Translations under genes and position numbers: made by a program
The notes under the pieces: generated by a model
What the model saw: only the letters and a program-made list of their open reading frames with translations
Databases searched by the model: none
Told to the model about the DNA's origin: nothing
From: a virus
Lineage: Duplodnaviria; Caudoviricetes
IMG/VR virus record: IMGVR_UViG_3300021364_000027
Span: 1-55,858 of that record
DNA: 55,858 nucleotides
Direction: 5' to 3' (one strand)
Part shown: positions 28,983 through 37,908 of the stretch, piece by piece
Layout: every line of letters starts with the position of its first letter
Numbering within the stretch: the first letter of the stretch is position 1

Positions 28983-29872
28983 TGATGGATTGTCCTTTCA
29001 ATACCTTCTTCATAAGATACTTTAGGTGTCCATCCTGTTTTACTTGTAAGCAAGTTGTGATTACTGTTGAGCCACCAAATTTCACCATGACGTGGATCTT
29101 TTGTATCCCAATTTATTTGTCCTGTCCAATCTAATTGTTCAGCAATGTAATCTGCACAATGTCTAATTTTTCTTGGATCGTCTGGTCCAATTGTATAGAA
29201 GTTTCCTTTACATGCATCTCTATTTTCAATAACTGCCATCCATGCATCTAACAAATCACTAATGTAAATAAAGTTTCTATATGGTTCTGCATATCCTAAA
29301 TTACAAGTATCTCCTTTGATCATTTGCGCAATAATTTGTTCTGTCACAAAAAAGTCATTGTCTTTACGTCCATAACTATTTGTTTGTCTAAAACTTGCCC
29401 AAGGCAACCCGTATGCTCTACCAGCATATTCTAAATATTTTTCACAACCATACTTAGCAACAGCATAAGGAGCATTTGGATTTGGCTGCGTATGTTCATC
29501 AAAAGCAACGCTTTCTTTATAAGTTCCGGTTTGTTCTACTTCATCTGAAATGGGTTGCCAGCCATAAACTTCCATAGTGCTTGCGAATACAAAATAAGGT
29601 AATGTGCTAAGTTGTCTACATGCTTCGATAAGATTTACTGTTCCTACATAATTTACTTCACTGAAACTTACTTGTTCATAAAAACTCTTTTGTACTTCAG
29701 TTCTAGCAGCAAGGTGAACAACAATGTCAGGGTTCACTGCTTTTACTTCTTGTTGAATACCTGTATGGTGTGTCAAGTCTGTTTTAAGTTCATGGACTTC
29801 TCCAATTGCTTGTAATCGTGGCAACAAGTGTTGTCCAATAAATCCGCTAGATCCAGTTAGTAATATTTTCAT
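28961..29872 (-). CDS. NAD-dependent nucleotide-sugar epimerase/dehydratase (extended SDR)
   Basis: MKILLTGSSGFIG, HLAA, ST.EVYG, YAVAK (YxxxK). Start 29872 has an AAGGAG RBS. Confidence 0.92.
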   Translation of the reverse strand: MKILLTGSSGFIGQHLLPRLQAIGEVHELKTDLTHHTGIQQEVKAVNPDIVVHLAARTEVQKSFYEQVSFSEVNYVGTVNLIEACRQLSTLPYFVFASTMEVYGWQPISDEVEQTGTYKESVAFDEHTQPNPNAPYAVAKYGCEKYLEYAGRAYGLPWASFRQTNSYGRKDNDFFVTEQIIAQMIKGDTCNLGYAEPYRNFIYISDLLDAWMAVIENRDACKGNFYTIGPDDPRKIRHCADYIAEQLDWTGQINWDTKDPRHGEIWWLNSNHNLLTSKTGWTPKVSYEEGIERTIHHWQSILT

Positions 29873-29888
29873 GTAAAACTCCTTACTA

Positions 29889-29936
29889 TATTTACAATCC
29901 ATTAAGTATATGTTTATTAGATCTGGTGGTTAAATA
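29889..29936. promoter_or_regulatory. Divergent pair of TAAATA late-type motifs
   Basis: Minus: TAAATA-tagt-AAGGAG..ATG(29872). Plus: TAAATA-catt-ATG(29941). Confidence 0.7.
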
Positions 29937-29940
29937 CATT

Positions 29941-30528
29941 ATGTTTGATATTGTAGATGAGTTTGAAAGACAAATAGCAGATTTTTTTGGTGCTCCGTAT
30001 GCTGTAAGCACCGACTGCTGTACTCATGCAATCGAACTGTGTTTAAGATATAAAAATGTGACACATGTGACTGTGCCTAAACAAACATATCTGAGTGTGC
30101 CAATGACTGCAAAAAAAGTTGGTGCAACTGTGTCTTGGTCTAATAGTAGATGGGAAGAATATTACTGCTTAACTTCTAATATATACGATGCTGCTGTGTT
30201 ATGGAGAGCTAATAGTTATATACCAAACACATATATGTGTTTGAGTTTTCAATTTAGAAAACATCTTAGCCTCGGCAGAGGTGGTGCAATTTTATTAAGC
30301 AGCAAAGAAGAAAGAGACGATCTAATAAAATTAGGTTATGATGGTAGACATAGAGATGCTCCGTGGGCAGAACAAGATATTAATACTATGGGTTATCACT
30401 ATTATATGACACCAGAAACTGCACAACTTGGTTTAGATAAACTACCCGATGCTATTAAATCTACCCCTAAATTATGGACATGGAAAGATTATCCTAATAT
30501 ACATAATCAGGTAGCTCATATGGTTTGA
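29941..30528 (+). CDS. DegT/DnrJ/EryC1/StrS-family PLP aminotransferase, short form
   Basis: FE..IADFFGAPYAV..CTHAI, YDAA, SFQFRKHL (PLP Lys), GRGG, GYHYYM; only ~195 aa. Confidence 0.8.
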   Translation: MFDIVDEFERQIADFFGAPYAVSTDCCTHAIELCLRYKNVTHVTVPKQTYLSVPMTAKKVGATVSWSNSRWEEYYCLTSNIYDAAVLWRANSYIPNTYMCLSFQFRKHLSLGRGGAILLSSKEERDDLIKLGYDGRHRDAPWAEQDINTMGYHYYMTPETAQLGLDKLPDAIKSTPKLWTWKDYPNIHNQVAHMV

Positions 30529-31309
30529 ACAATCTATGAATAGGTTGATACTTAGGATTTTTACGTAGTTCTGTGCATAACCAATCTTGCAATTTATGTG
30601 AATCAGTTATACGATTTGTTTGCACGTATATTTCAATATCACTCTGCAATCTGTCTATAAATTTATGTGTTGATTTAGTTAGTTTCCATCCTAAATCTTT
30701 ATACACATTTTGTATTAGTAAGTTTTTATGACTAGCAATATCAGGATGAATATCATTAATAATTTTAAATGAAAGATTTGCATCGTCAAATTGCCTAACT
30801 GTAATTTGAGGTAATTTTTTATCATATAAATTTTTAAGTCCTTTTGCAATTCTTAAATCTTGTTCAGAATAATTTATACCAGATAATCCATGTTCAGCAA
30901 GTATTGGATCAAATGTATGAGCTTGCCATAATATATTTTCTGCATAAGACTTATTGACTGATAAAATAGAAGTATAATTTCTAACAATATCATTAGTCAC
31001 ACTCCAATTACGTTGATGCCATAATCTACGCTCTTTAGGTGCATGAAATATGCTGCCATAATTTTCCCAATGGGTATTGGATATCCAATCAAATCTTTCA
31101 AATCCAGACCATAAGATTACAATTTTGTCATCTTTGGTAAAATTAAATTTTGCATCTGCTTCAAACACTCTACTTGCAATACCAACATTCCCTAAGCCAG
31201 CAATTGCAAAATTATAAAAATCTACACCTTTATCAAAGGCCATAATATCTGCCCATGTAGGCCAACCATATCTTGTAAAACTACAACCAAAAGCAAACAA
31301 TCTATTCAT
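30494..31309 (-). CDS. SGNH-hydrolase-like protein (GCS variant, copy 1)
   Basis: FAFGCSFT, NFAIAGLGN, WSGFER, DIHP. Confidence 0.6.
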   Translation of the reverse strand: MNRLFAFGCSFTRYGWPTWADIMAFDKGVDFYNFAIAGLGNVGIASRVFEADAKFNFTKDDKIVILWSGFERFDWISNTHWENYGSIFHAPKERRLWHQRNWSVTNDIVRNYTSILSVNKSYAENILWQAHTFDPILAEHGLSGINYSEQDLRIAKGLKNLYDKKLPQITVRQFDDANLSFKIINDIHPDIASHKNLLIQNVYKDLGWKLTKSTHKFIDRLQSDIEIYVQTNRITDSHKLQDWLCTELRKNPKYQPIHRLFKPYELPDYVY

Positions 31310-32360
31310 TTGCAACAATCCATTCATCTATACGTTTGTGGTCAAAAAATATTTTATCTTTGTAATGATTAGCAAAATGTTTGTTGTTTGTAGTTGAAAA
31401 ATTTTTATATACTTCTGGTGGAAACACACTTTCTGTAGATTTAATTAGTTTTATTAAATGTTGAAAATTGTGTTCTATTTTATACTTGCAAGAATCATAT
31501 AAGTGTGAATAATTAGAATCTTTATATTTTGCCACTTGTTGCCATAATGCGTCTGCCCTATCTTCGTCATTTTCTATACTGTCAAAACTGTAATCAAAAA
31601 TATTATCATACAACTCAAAACCTAATTCAACAAGTGCTTTGTGATAATTAGGCACACTAAATGTTATAAAAGGACGCTTGTGTAATATTGGTACAAAAGT
31701 TTTTTCTGTCATAAACAAACATTCTGTGTTGCTTTCACAAACTACACTAAATGTACTATCACTAAATTGCTCTGGAGGATATAATATTTCGCCATCTCTT
31801 CCTTTCCAATCTAAATGCCTGGCTATCCTATAATCAGTAAAATATTTCCATTCATGACCTTCGTAAATATCATTAGTTGACCAAGATATATGACCGTACT
31901 TTTCACATTTGTTTTTGTATAACATATCCATAAAAATACATCTGTGAGGATGTCCTCTGTTGTTTAAACTTGTAAACAATTTTTTTGGAGCAACAACCTT
32001 ATGTATTTTCCAGCGTTGATCAACATGTCTTTGTAAAGCTAAGTTTGCAAAGTAGTGCATAAATTGCACTAGGTTTTTACCCTTTGTTATATAATGTCTA
32101 TTGTTTAATTTACTCAAGTATGCTGGTCTAAACAAATATACTTTAACATTGTTTTCGTCAGCAAATGCAAGAAATTGTTTCCAAGATCTTTTATCATTGT
32201 AAATATAGATAATTTCGTATTCTTCAAATCCTATCAAATATAAAGTCTTACATTCTGGACGTTGCATTGCTTTTTTCAACTCGTTGGCCATCTTCTCGCC
32301 TACACTATGAGCCCATACAAACCACCAAACGCATCCATTATTATCAATAGGAAAATTCAT
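31302..32360 (-). CDS. Putative glycosyltransferase (GT10-like motif family, copy 3)
   Basis: SLNNRGHPHR, SVVCES..FMTEKTFVP..LGFELY..FDYSFD. Confidence 0.5.
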   Translation of the reverse strand: MNFPIDNNGCVWWFVWAHSVGEKMANELKKAMQRPECKTLYLIGFEEYEIIYIYNDKRSWKQFLAFADENNVKVYLFRPAYLSKLNNRHYITKGKNLVQFMHYFANLALQRHVDQRWKIHKVVAPKKLFTSLNNRGHPHRCIFMDMLYKNKCEKYGHISWSTNDIYEGHEWKYFTDYRIARHLDWKGRDGEILYPPEQFSDSTFSVVCESNTECLFMTEKTFVPILHKRPFITFSVPNYHKALVELGFELYDNIFDYSFDSIENDEDRADALWQQVAKYKDSNYSHLYDSCKYKIEHNFQHLIKLIKSTESVFPPEVYKNFSTTNNKHFANHYKDKIFFDHKRIDEWIVANE

Positions 32361-33076
32361 TTCATAAACTCTCTTGGGTTGAAATCAAATACTTCATTTA
32401 ATTTTTTTCTGTTCCTTAGCTGTTGACTAGCATTGATATGTGTTTGATTCCAGTAATCTTTGTTTTCTTTACTGATTTTTATATTCATTACTTTTTCAAC
32501 CATTCTTACATGATCTAATATATCTGGATGAGAGTCTTGTAAAACTCCAAAAGATTTGCTGCCTTTTTCGGCTTTAAAATATTGCATTTCTGGTAATGTA
32601 GCAGCAAACTTATTATACAAATCATTTACTTCAGGTCCGGCTATATCTGTATCTTCCCAAGCAGAAGGAAAAGCACTTGCTTGAAATTTTATTAAATCTT
32701 TATATGTGCCATTTACTTGATTTATAGCAGTAGTATTTTTTACAATGTCGTGTTCCCAGGACCAAAAATACTTGTGATACTTGTTCCAAATACGTTCACC
32801 TATATTACTAAAGACGTTGCCATATTGTGCAAAGCCTTCACCTAGTATTCTATCCTCACGATTCCAACTAGTCCATAGTATCATAATTTCATCATCTGAT
32901 GTAAATTTATGCTTTACATCAGCTTCCATAATTCTATAGCTAATACCAACGTTTCCGATACCTGCTAAACCGTAATTGTAAACTTGTGTGTCAGTTAATT
33001 CTCTATCTAAAATTTCAGGCCAACACGGCCAATAGTAATGAGTAAAACTGCAACCAAATGTGAATAATCTGCGCAT
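32357..33076 (-). CDS. SGNH-hydrolase-like protein (GCS variant, copy 2)
   Basis: FTFGCSFT, NYGLAGIGN, WTSWNRED, DSHP; close paralogue of 30494-31309. Confidence 0.6.
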   Translation of the reverse strand: MRRLFTFGCSFTHYYWPCWPEILDRELTDTQVYNYGLAGIGNVGISYRIMEADVKHKFTSDDEIMILWTSWNREDRILGEGFAQYGNVFSNIGERIWNKYHKYFWSWEHDIVKNTTAINQVNGTYKDLIKFQASAFPSAWEDTDIAGPEVNDLYNKFAATLPEMQYFKAEKGSKSFGVLQDSHPDILDHVRMVEKVMNIKISKENKDYWNQTHINASQQLRNRKKLNEVFDFNPREFMK

Positions 33077-33085
33077 ATATTGCCT

Positions 33086-33091
33086 TAAATA
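33086..33091 (+). promoter_or_regulatory. TAAATA late-type motif, leaderless spacing
   Basis: TAAATA-ctgt-ATG(33096); the 13-mer is identical to the one upstream of 15471. Confidence 0.7.
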
Positions 33092-33095
33092 CTGT

Positions 33096-34097
33096 ATGAA
33101 TATTTATAGTACAAATGAATGGGATCCACTAAAGAAGGTTTGTGTCGGAGTTGCTGACTATTGTCGCATTCCTGAAATGGACGAAAGTCTACGTGTTATT
33201 AATTACGCAGACAGACAGGATGTAAGTGATGTAAAGGCTGGTCTATATCCTGATCAAGTTGTAGAAGAATCAAACGAAGATCTTGAAACTTTTGTAAAGT
33301 TTTTAGAAGGTGAAGGTGTAGAAGTTGTAAGACCAAAACGTACACCAGAAGTTGAATACTATAACTACTGCCCACGTGATACTGTATTTGTTCATGGCAA
33401 CAGAGCTTTTGCTGCGCCAATGGCACTAGCAGCAAGAGAAACAGAATGGCGCCATCTACTGCCTGGTGTTGCTCCTATCGAAATAGGGCACCGCATAGAC
33501 AGAACAGGATTGTATGACGAATCCTGTGTCGGAGATCCGGATCGCCTTGCCCTCACTGAAGTAGCACCATGCTTTGACGCTGCTAATGCAATTAGAGCTA
33601 ACGACGATATTTTGTATTTGGTAAGCAATAGTGGCAACAAAGCAGGTGCTGCTTATTTAAGCACATGGATAAACAAACCTGAAAATAATTTTTCTGAGCC
33701 AGGCAACATACGTGTTCATAGATTAGAAAATGTCTATAGTTATATGCACATTGACAGCACTATTGCGTTCTTACGTGAAGGATTACTACTTGCTAATCCA
33801 AGCAGAATTAAAAGTATGGATGTATTACCTGCGCCGTTCAACACATGGGATGTAATTTGGGCACCTGATCCTGTAGATGCTGGACACTATCCTGGACTAT
33901 GTAATAGCAGTATATGGACTTGGAATGTAAACCTGTTTAGTGTTAATCCTAATCTTGTTGTGTTAGAAGAACATCAAGAACCAACTCGTAAAGCACTAGA
34001 AGCACACGGTATTGAATGTGCTATGCTACCACTGCGTCATGCTAGAACACTAGGTGGTTGTTTTCATTGTTGCACGTTAGACCTTGTAAGAGGCTAA
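33096..34097 (+). CDS. Amidinotransferase (glycine / inosamine-phosphate amidinotransferase family)
   Basis: NEWDPLKKV.VG, NYCPRD, FDAA, SGN..G, HIDST, RTLGGCFHCCTLD (catalytic Asp/His/Cys). Confidence 0.92.
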   Translation: MNIYSTNEWDPLKKVCVGVADYCRIPEMDESLRVINYADRQDVSDVKAGLYPDQVVEESNEDLETFVKFLEGEGVEVVRPKRTPEVEYYNYCPRDTVFVHGNRAFAAPMALAARETEWRHLLPGVAPIEIGHRIDRTGLYDESCVGDPDRLALTEVAPCFDAANAIRANDDILYLVSNSGNKAGAAYLSTWINKPENNFSEPGNIRVHRLENVYSYMHIDSTIAFLREGLLLANPSRIKSMDVLPAPFNTWDVIWAPDPVDAGHYPGLCNSSIWTWNVNLFSVNPNLVVLEEHQEPTRKALEAHGIECAMLPLRHARTLGGCFHCCTLDLVRG

Positions 34098-34850
34098 TAA
34101 TGCGTCAGCAGTTTGTCGATGGAAATCTACTCCGTCATGCATACAATCTCTAGCTTCCATATTACCAGCAGTGGGATTTATATATTGCATATCAACGCTT
34201 AGTAAAAAATCTAATTCTTCGTCCCAACTAAAGTTTATAACAGGCACGCCTAAATTTTGCCAAACTAAATTAAAACTTTCAATACTTGCACATACAGATT
34301 TTTTAAGTTCTCCCATATCTTGAATGTATCTTTTGACCCACCATTTTCCGTCATGTGTTGATGTTTCGCTCATATCTAGCCAACGAATACCTTCATCTTC
34401 TTCAAATCCAAATTGCTTTCTTGTAATCTGTGGCCACTGTGCTACTACTAATTTAGGCAAAGGTAAATTATTTGCTTTCCATAAAAGACTGTTAAATTGT
34501 AAAACTTCAGGACTACTGGCTTGTTTAGCTATATTAAACAAATCAAGTTGCAACTCATTTGCTAACATAGTACACCAAATATCCTCAGTGTTTAACCCAA
34601 CACCTTCTGTATAACTACATCCAGTTGCAAGTAAAAAAGGTTTTGAAATATCTTCTATTTCTTTAGTTCTATATCCTAAGCTATTAAAACTATATTCAAT
34701 TGTTTCATTAAGGTATTTCCAGTCTTTTGGCATTTTTTTACAATTCTTTTTATATTCATCTTCGTCGTCAGTTGAGAAAAAATCCATGCTTTTATTAGCT
34801 GATTGCCAATCAACCAGTAAAGGACTATTTTTTTTAAAAAAGAGTGCCAT
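34077..34850 (-). CDS. SGNH-hydrolase-like protein (GCS variant, copy 3)
   Basis: Y.FNSLGYR, ATGCSYTEGVG, NIA, ARDCMHDG..H. Start set at MALFF, which has a GGAG RBS. Confidence 0.6.
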   Translation of the reverse strand: MALFFKKNSPLLVDWQSANKSMDFFSTDDEDEYKKNCKKMPKDWKYLNETIEYSFNSLGYRTKEIEDISKPFLLATGCSYTEGVGLNTEDIWCTMLANELQLDLFNIAKQASSPEVLQFNSLLWKANNLPLPKLVVAQWPQITRKQFGFEEDEGIRWLDMSETSTHDGKWWVKRYIQDMGELKKSVCASIESFNLVWQNLGVPVINFSWDEELDFLLSVDMQYINPTAGNMEARDCMHDGVDFHRQTADALLASYKV

Positions 34851-34865
34851 AAAAATTACTCCAAA

Positions 34866-34885
34866 TAAATAACTACGCATATTTA
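34866..34885. promoter_or_regulatory. TAAATA motifs on both strands of a divergent gap
   Basis: Plus TAAATA at 34866-34871 and minus TAAATA at 34880-34885, each followed by GGAG before a start codon. Confidence 0.5.
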
Positions 34886-34902
34886 AAAACATCGGAGTCA
34901 TA

Positions 34903-36255
34903 GTGTCTTATAACTGGTTTAACTGTCTTTACTTCAGCCCAAGAAATAAATTTTTACCTGAGCTAATAATGCAAGACGGTAATAGAGCACCATTGCGACA
35001 AATAAGCAAAATAGAAATGCTTATGGATATTACCAAAGAAAGTTTTGTTGGTAAATTTAAAGAACCATTAATAATTTACAATGGCACTCATAACATTCCT
35101 AATTTAGACAAACTTTTTATAAGTGATAAACACACTGAAATTTTACAAACACAGCGTGTTCATTTTTTCTTTATGGAAGTGCTTACACACTATATTCCTA
35201 ATCCGTGGGGTAAACTGGAACCACATATTCTTAAAATTGACAACGAGCCTGAAAAGTTAAACAAAATTCGCTGCTACGAACTTGATACTTTAAACAAATG
35301 GGCAAAAGAAAAAAATATAGACTTGTATGTTTACTGTACAGATCATAGAAGTTGGGAGTATTATCAAAATCTATATCCTAACATAAAATTAAGAAGCATG
35401 GATTTATTTGTAAGTTGGTATAGTAGCAGATTTGAATTGCAAGAAGAATATAACAGGAGCGGTATGCTTCCAGGCGACATATATCCTATCATCGATTACA
35501 AAAAAATTAGGAAAAAGTTTTTTAGCGGAGCATGGAGATATGATCCAAGTAGACATTTTATAACAGCATTTCTTGCCAGCGAAGGATTAACTGAAAATAA
35601 CGAAATTAGTTTTTATCATAAATCAAGCAACGCAGACATGATTGCAAATATGTGGTTTGATTGGAATAAATTTGCAGCCAAACATCCTGCAATGAGTCAA
35701 GCATTGTTAAAAGGCAATGAATTACTACAACCGCAACTTCCCTTGAGTTTTGAGGTTAAAAATCCTTTGTCGTGCGACTTAAAACAAGGCGATCCAGATT
35801 ATAATACACCAGGAATGTATAATAGACGCAGAACTCAAGATCCAGCTAAAACCTACGATCGTGTGTTTTGTGCAATTATAAACGAAAGTAGAGTCACACA
35901 ACCATGGCCAAATGTTAGTGAAAAAACATTGAATGCTATGAAAAGTTTTAGGCCTTTTGTAATGGTTGCTGCACCACACACATTAAGGTATTTGAAAGAA
36001 ATGGGCTACAAAACCTTTAGCGATTTTTGGCCAGAAGATTATGACGATATCGAATGCACAAGTGACAGATTAGTTGAAGTATGCAATACTATAAAATATA
36101 TCGATTCATTTAGTATCGAAGATTGTAGGAAAATTTACAAAAAATTAATTCCAAGATTAATGCATAACTATAATGTTTTACAAAAAAACTACAAATGGTT
36201 TGATGAATACAACTTAAAATTAGATTCCCAAAGTTCATTGGCCCAATATGTATGA
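34903..36255 (+). CDS. Putative glycosyltransferase (GT10-like motif family, copy 4)
   Basis: AIINES..VSEKTL..RPF..LKEMGYKTFSDFWPEDYD. Confidence 0.5.
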   Translation: MSYNWFNCLYFSPRNKFLPELIMQDGNRAPLRQISKIEMLMDITKESFVGKFKEPLIIYNGTHNIPNLDKLFISDKHTEILQTQRVHFFFMEVLTHYIPNPWGKLEPHILKIDNEPEKLNKIRCYELDTLNKWAKEKNIDLYVYCTDHRSWEYYQNLYPNIKLRSMDLFVSWYSSRFELQEEYNRSGMLPGDIYPIIDYKKIRKKFFSGAWRYDPSRHFITAFLASEGLTENNEISFYHKSSNADMIANMWFDWNKFAAKHPAMSQALLKGNELLQPQLPLSFEVKNPLSCDLKQGDPDYNTPGMYNRRRTQDPAKTYDRVFCAIINESRVTQPWPNVSEKTLNAMKSFRPFVMVAAPHTLRYLKEMGYKTFSDFWPEDYDDIECTSDRLVEVCNTIKYIDSFSIEDCRKIYKKLIPRLMHNYNVLQKNYKWFDEYNLKLDSQSSLAQYV

Positions 36256-36947
36256 GCAGGCAATCGGTGATGCCAATACATTTGCCCTTCGACACTGTGT
36301 CCTTGATTTAAACAGTTTTCAAAGAAACTAAAATTTTCATCATCCCAATATAAAAAATTATCTTTGTCAATTTTATCGGCATAGTATTTGTATCTTTTGG
36401 AATTTTCACATGCTTGAAAACTATTCCTAAATGTATAACTAAAATTATGTGCTTTGAAAAAACTTTGTAATTCAATTATATTCATATACCTGTTTACTTG
36501 CCATTGTATAGGATTAATAAAAAGATGCTCACTCAGTGCATCTAAATTTTTGCGTATAGCAACTGGAGCCCAATCAGGATAATGCTGTGGATGTAAGTGT
36601 AAAACTTTTTTATCTGGTGTATAAGGAATAAATTTGTTTAAATTATATCTGTTTCTATCCCAATGATCATAAAAATATTCAGTACGTTCAGCACCTGTCC
36701 AGTTAATAAAAAAATGTGTTGTTTTTGCTTTTTCAAGATTATCTAATATCCAAAGCAATGTTGTTCTTTTGATGTAATCATTGCTACCACCGGGCATTGC
36801 AATGTTTGTATACTTCCAACCAAGTTTCTTTGCTATTTGAGCTGAATAGCAATTTTCTCTATTGTAATTGCCTTCACCTATACCGCTGCCTTCAATTTCA
36901 CTACCAGCAGTATGGCTACATCCATTGATAAACAAATGATCAATCAT
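36189..36947 (-). CDS. SGNH-hydrolase-like protein (GCS variant, copy 4)
   Basis: FINGCSHTAG, NIAMPGGSN, WTGAER, HH..AHTYWA. Confidence 0.6.
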   Translation of the reverse strand: MIDHLFINGCSHTAGSEIEGSGIGEGNYNRENCYSAQIAKKLGWKYTNIAMPGGSNDYIKRTTLLWILDNLEKAKTTHFFINWTGAERTEYFYDHWDRNRYNLNKFIPYTPDKKVLHLHPQHYPDWAPVAIRKNLDALSEHLFINPIQWQVNRYMNIIELQSFFKAHNFSYTFRNSFQACENSKRYKYYADKIDKDNFLYWDDENFSFFENCLNQGHSVEGQMYWHHRLPAHTYWANELWESNFKLYSSNHL

Positions 36948-37908
36948 TTACAGGTTCCTTTGGGATAATTATATCAGTTCCACAATGACAGTGTTGTTTA
37001 CTACATATAACTGGTTGCAAATCAAATGTCAAGTCTTTATCTAATATATTTCCGTGATTATTACCTACACCACAACTTGCACTACTGATATCGCCACGTG
37101 GATTGATAAAAAGTGCATCGTCTACAAAACACTTCCAACCAGCAAAAAAGTTTTGTCGTGCAGCAATAATTTTATTGCTGTTTACAGGTTCTATACCTGT
37201 GTCATAATGTGCATTACTAATTGCTTTGTTTTGTCTATACGGTTTTGGAATAGTTTGCACACTTTCAAATTGTGCTTGTTCTAAAAATTCTACTTTTGCA
37301 GGATCTTTGTATTCCCATGGTCCTGCATTCACACTCATTTCATCAAACAGTGGCGTCCATTCTAAGTTGTAATTTGGCACTTCTTTGCGCACACGTTCAC
37401 CAAACTCTTTTACTTCCCAAAAACGTTCTTCGTGCATCAGCATCTTTGTGCAAAGATAATCAACTTTGTCGCATAAAAATTGTGCATTTTCAATATAACG
37501 ATCTTTTTTGCTAAACTCTACATGAAAACTTGCAACAATGTCATCAAACAAATGATAGTGCTGTTCCCAATAACGCAAAGGTCTTGATAGATTTGTGTTA
37601 ACAGCAACAGTAAGGCTATCACCTAATTCCTCTTTCAAGTATTCAGTAAGCGGTATAAAGTTTTCCCAGTGTGTGGGTTCTCCTCCGCTGTAGAATATTT
37701 TGAAATACTTGTAGCCTCTGTCTTGATATTGTTGGAATATATTCCTTACATTTTGTTTGTAAGTATCAAGTGCTCCGTTGTTGCGATTGTCTCCTGCCCA
37801 GTTTCCTGGATTGCAATAGCTGCACTGGAAGTTGCAAAAGTTATTCACTTGCCATGTGATAGTAGCATACGGTTCTGCCATTGGTGTGATTTTAAGTAAG
37901 TTAGACAT
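36940..37908 (-). CDS. Radical SAM protein (clade C)
   Basis: WQVNNFCNFQCSYC, SGGEPT, TNLSR, FAGWKC, CSKQHCHCGTD. Confidence 0.9.
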   Translation of the reverse strand: MSNLLKITPMAEPYATITWQVNNFCNFQCSYCNPGNWAGDNRNNGALDTYKQNVRNIFQQYQDRGYKYFKIFYSGGEPTHWENFIPLTEYLKEELGDSLTVAVNTNLSRPLRYWEQHYHLFDDIVASFHVEFSKKDRYIENAQFLCDKVDYLCTKMLMHEERFWEVKEFGERVRKEVPNYNLEWTPLFDEMSVNAGPWEYKDPAKVEFLEQAQFESVQTIPKPYRQNKAISNAHYDTGIEPVNSNKIIAARQNFFAGWKCFVDDALFINPRGDISSASCGVGNNHGNILDKDLTFDLQPVICSKQHCHCGTDIIIPKEPVND

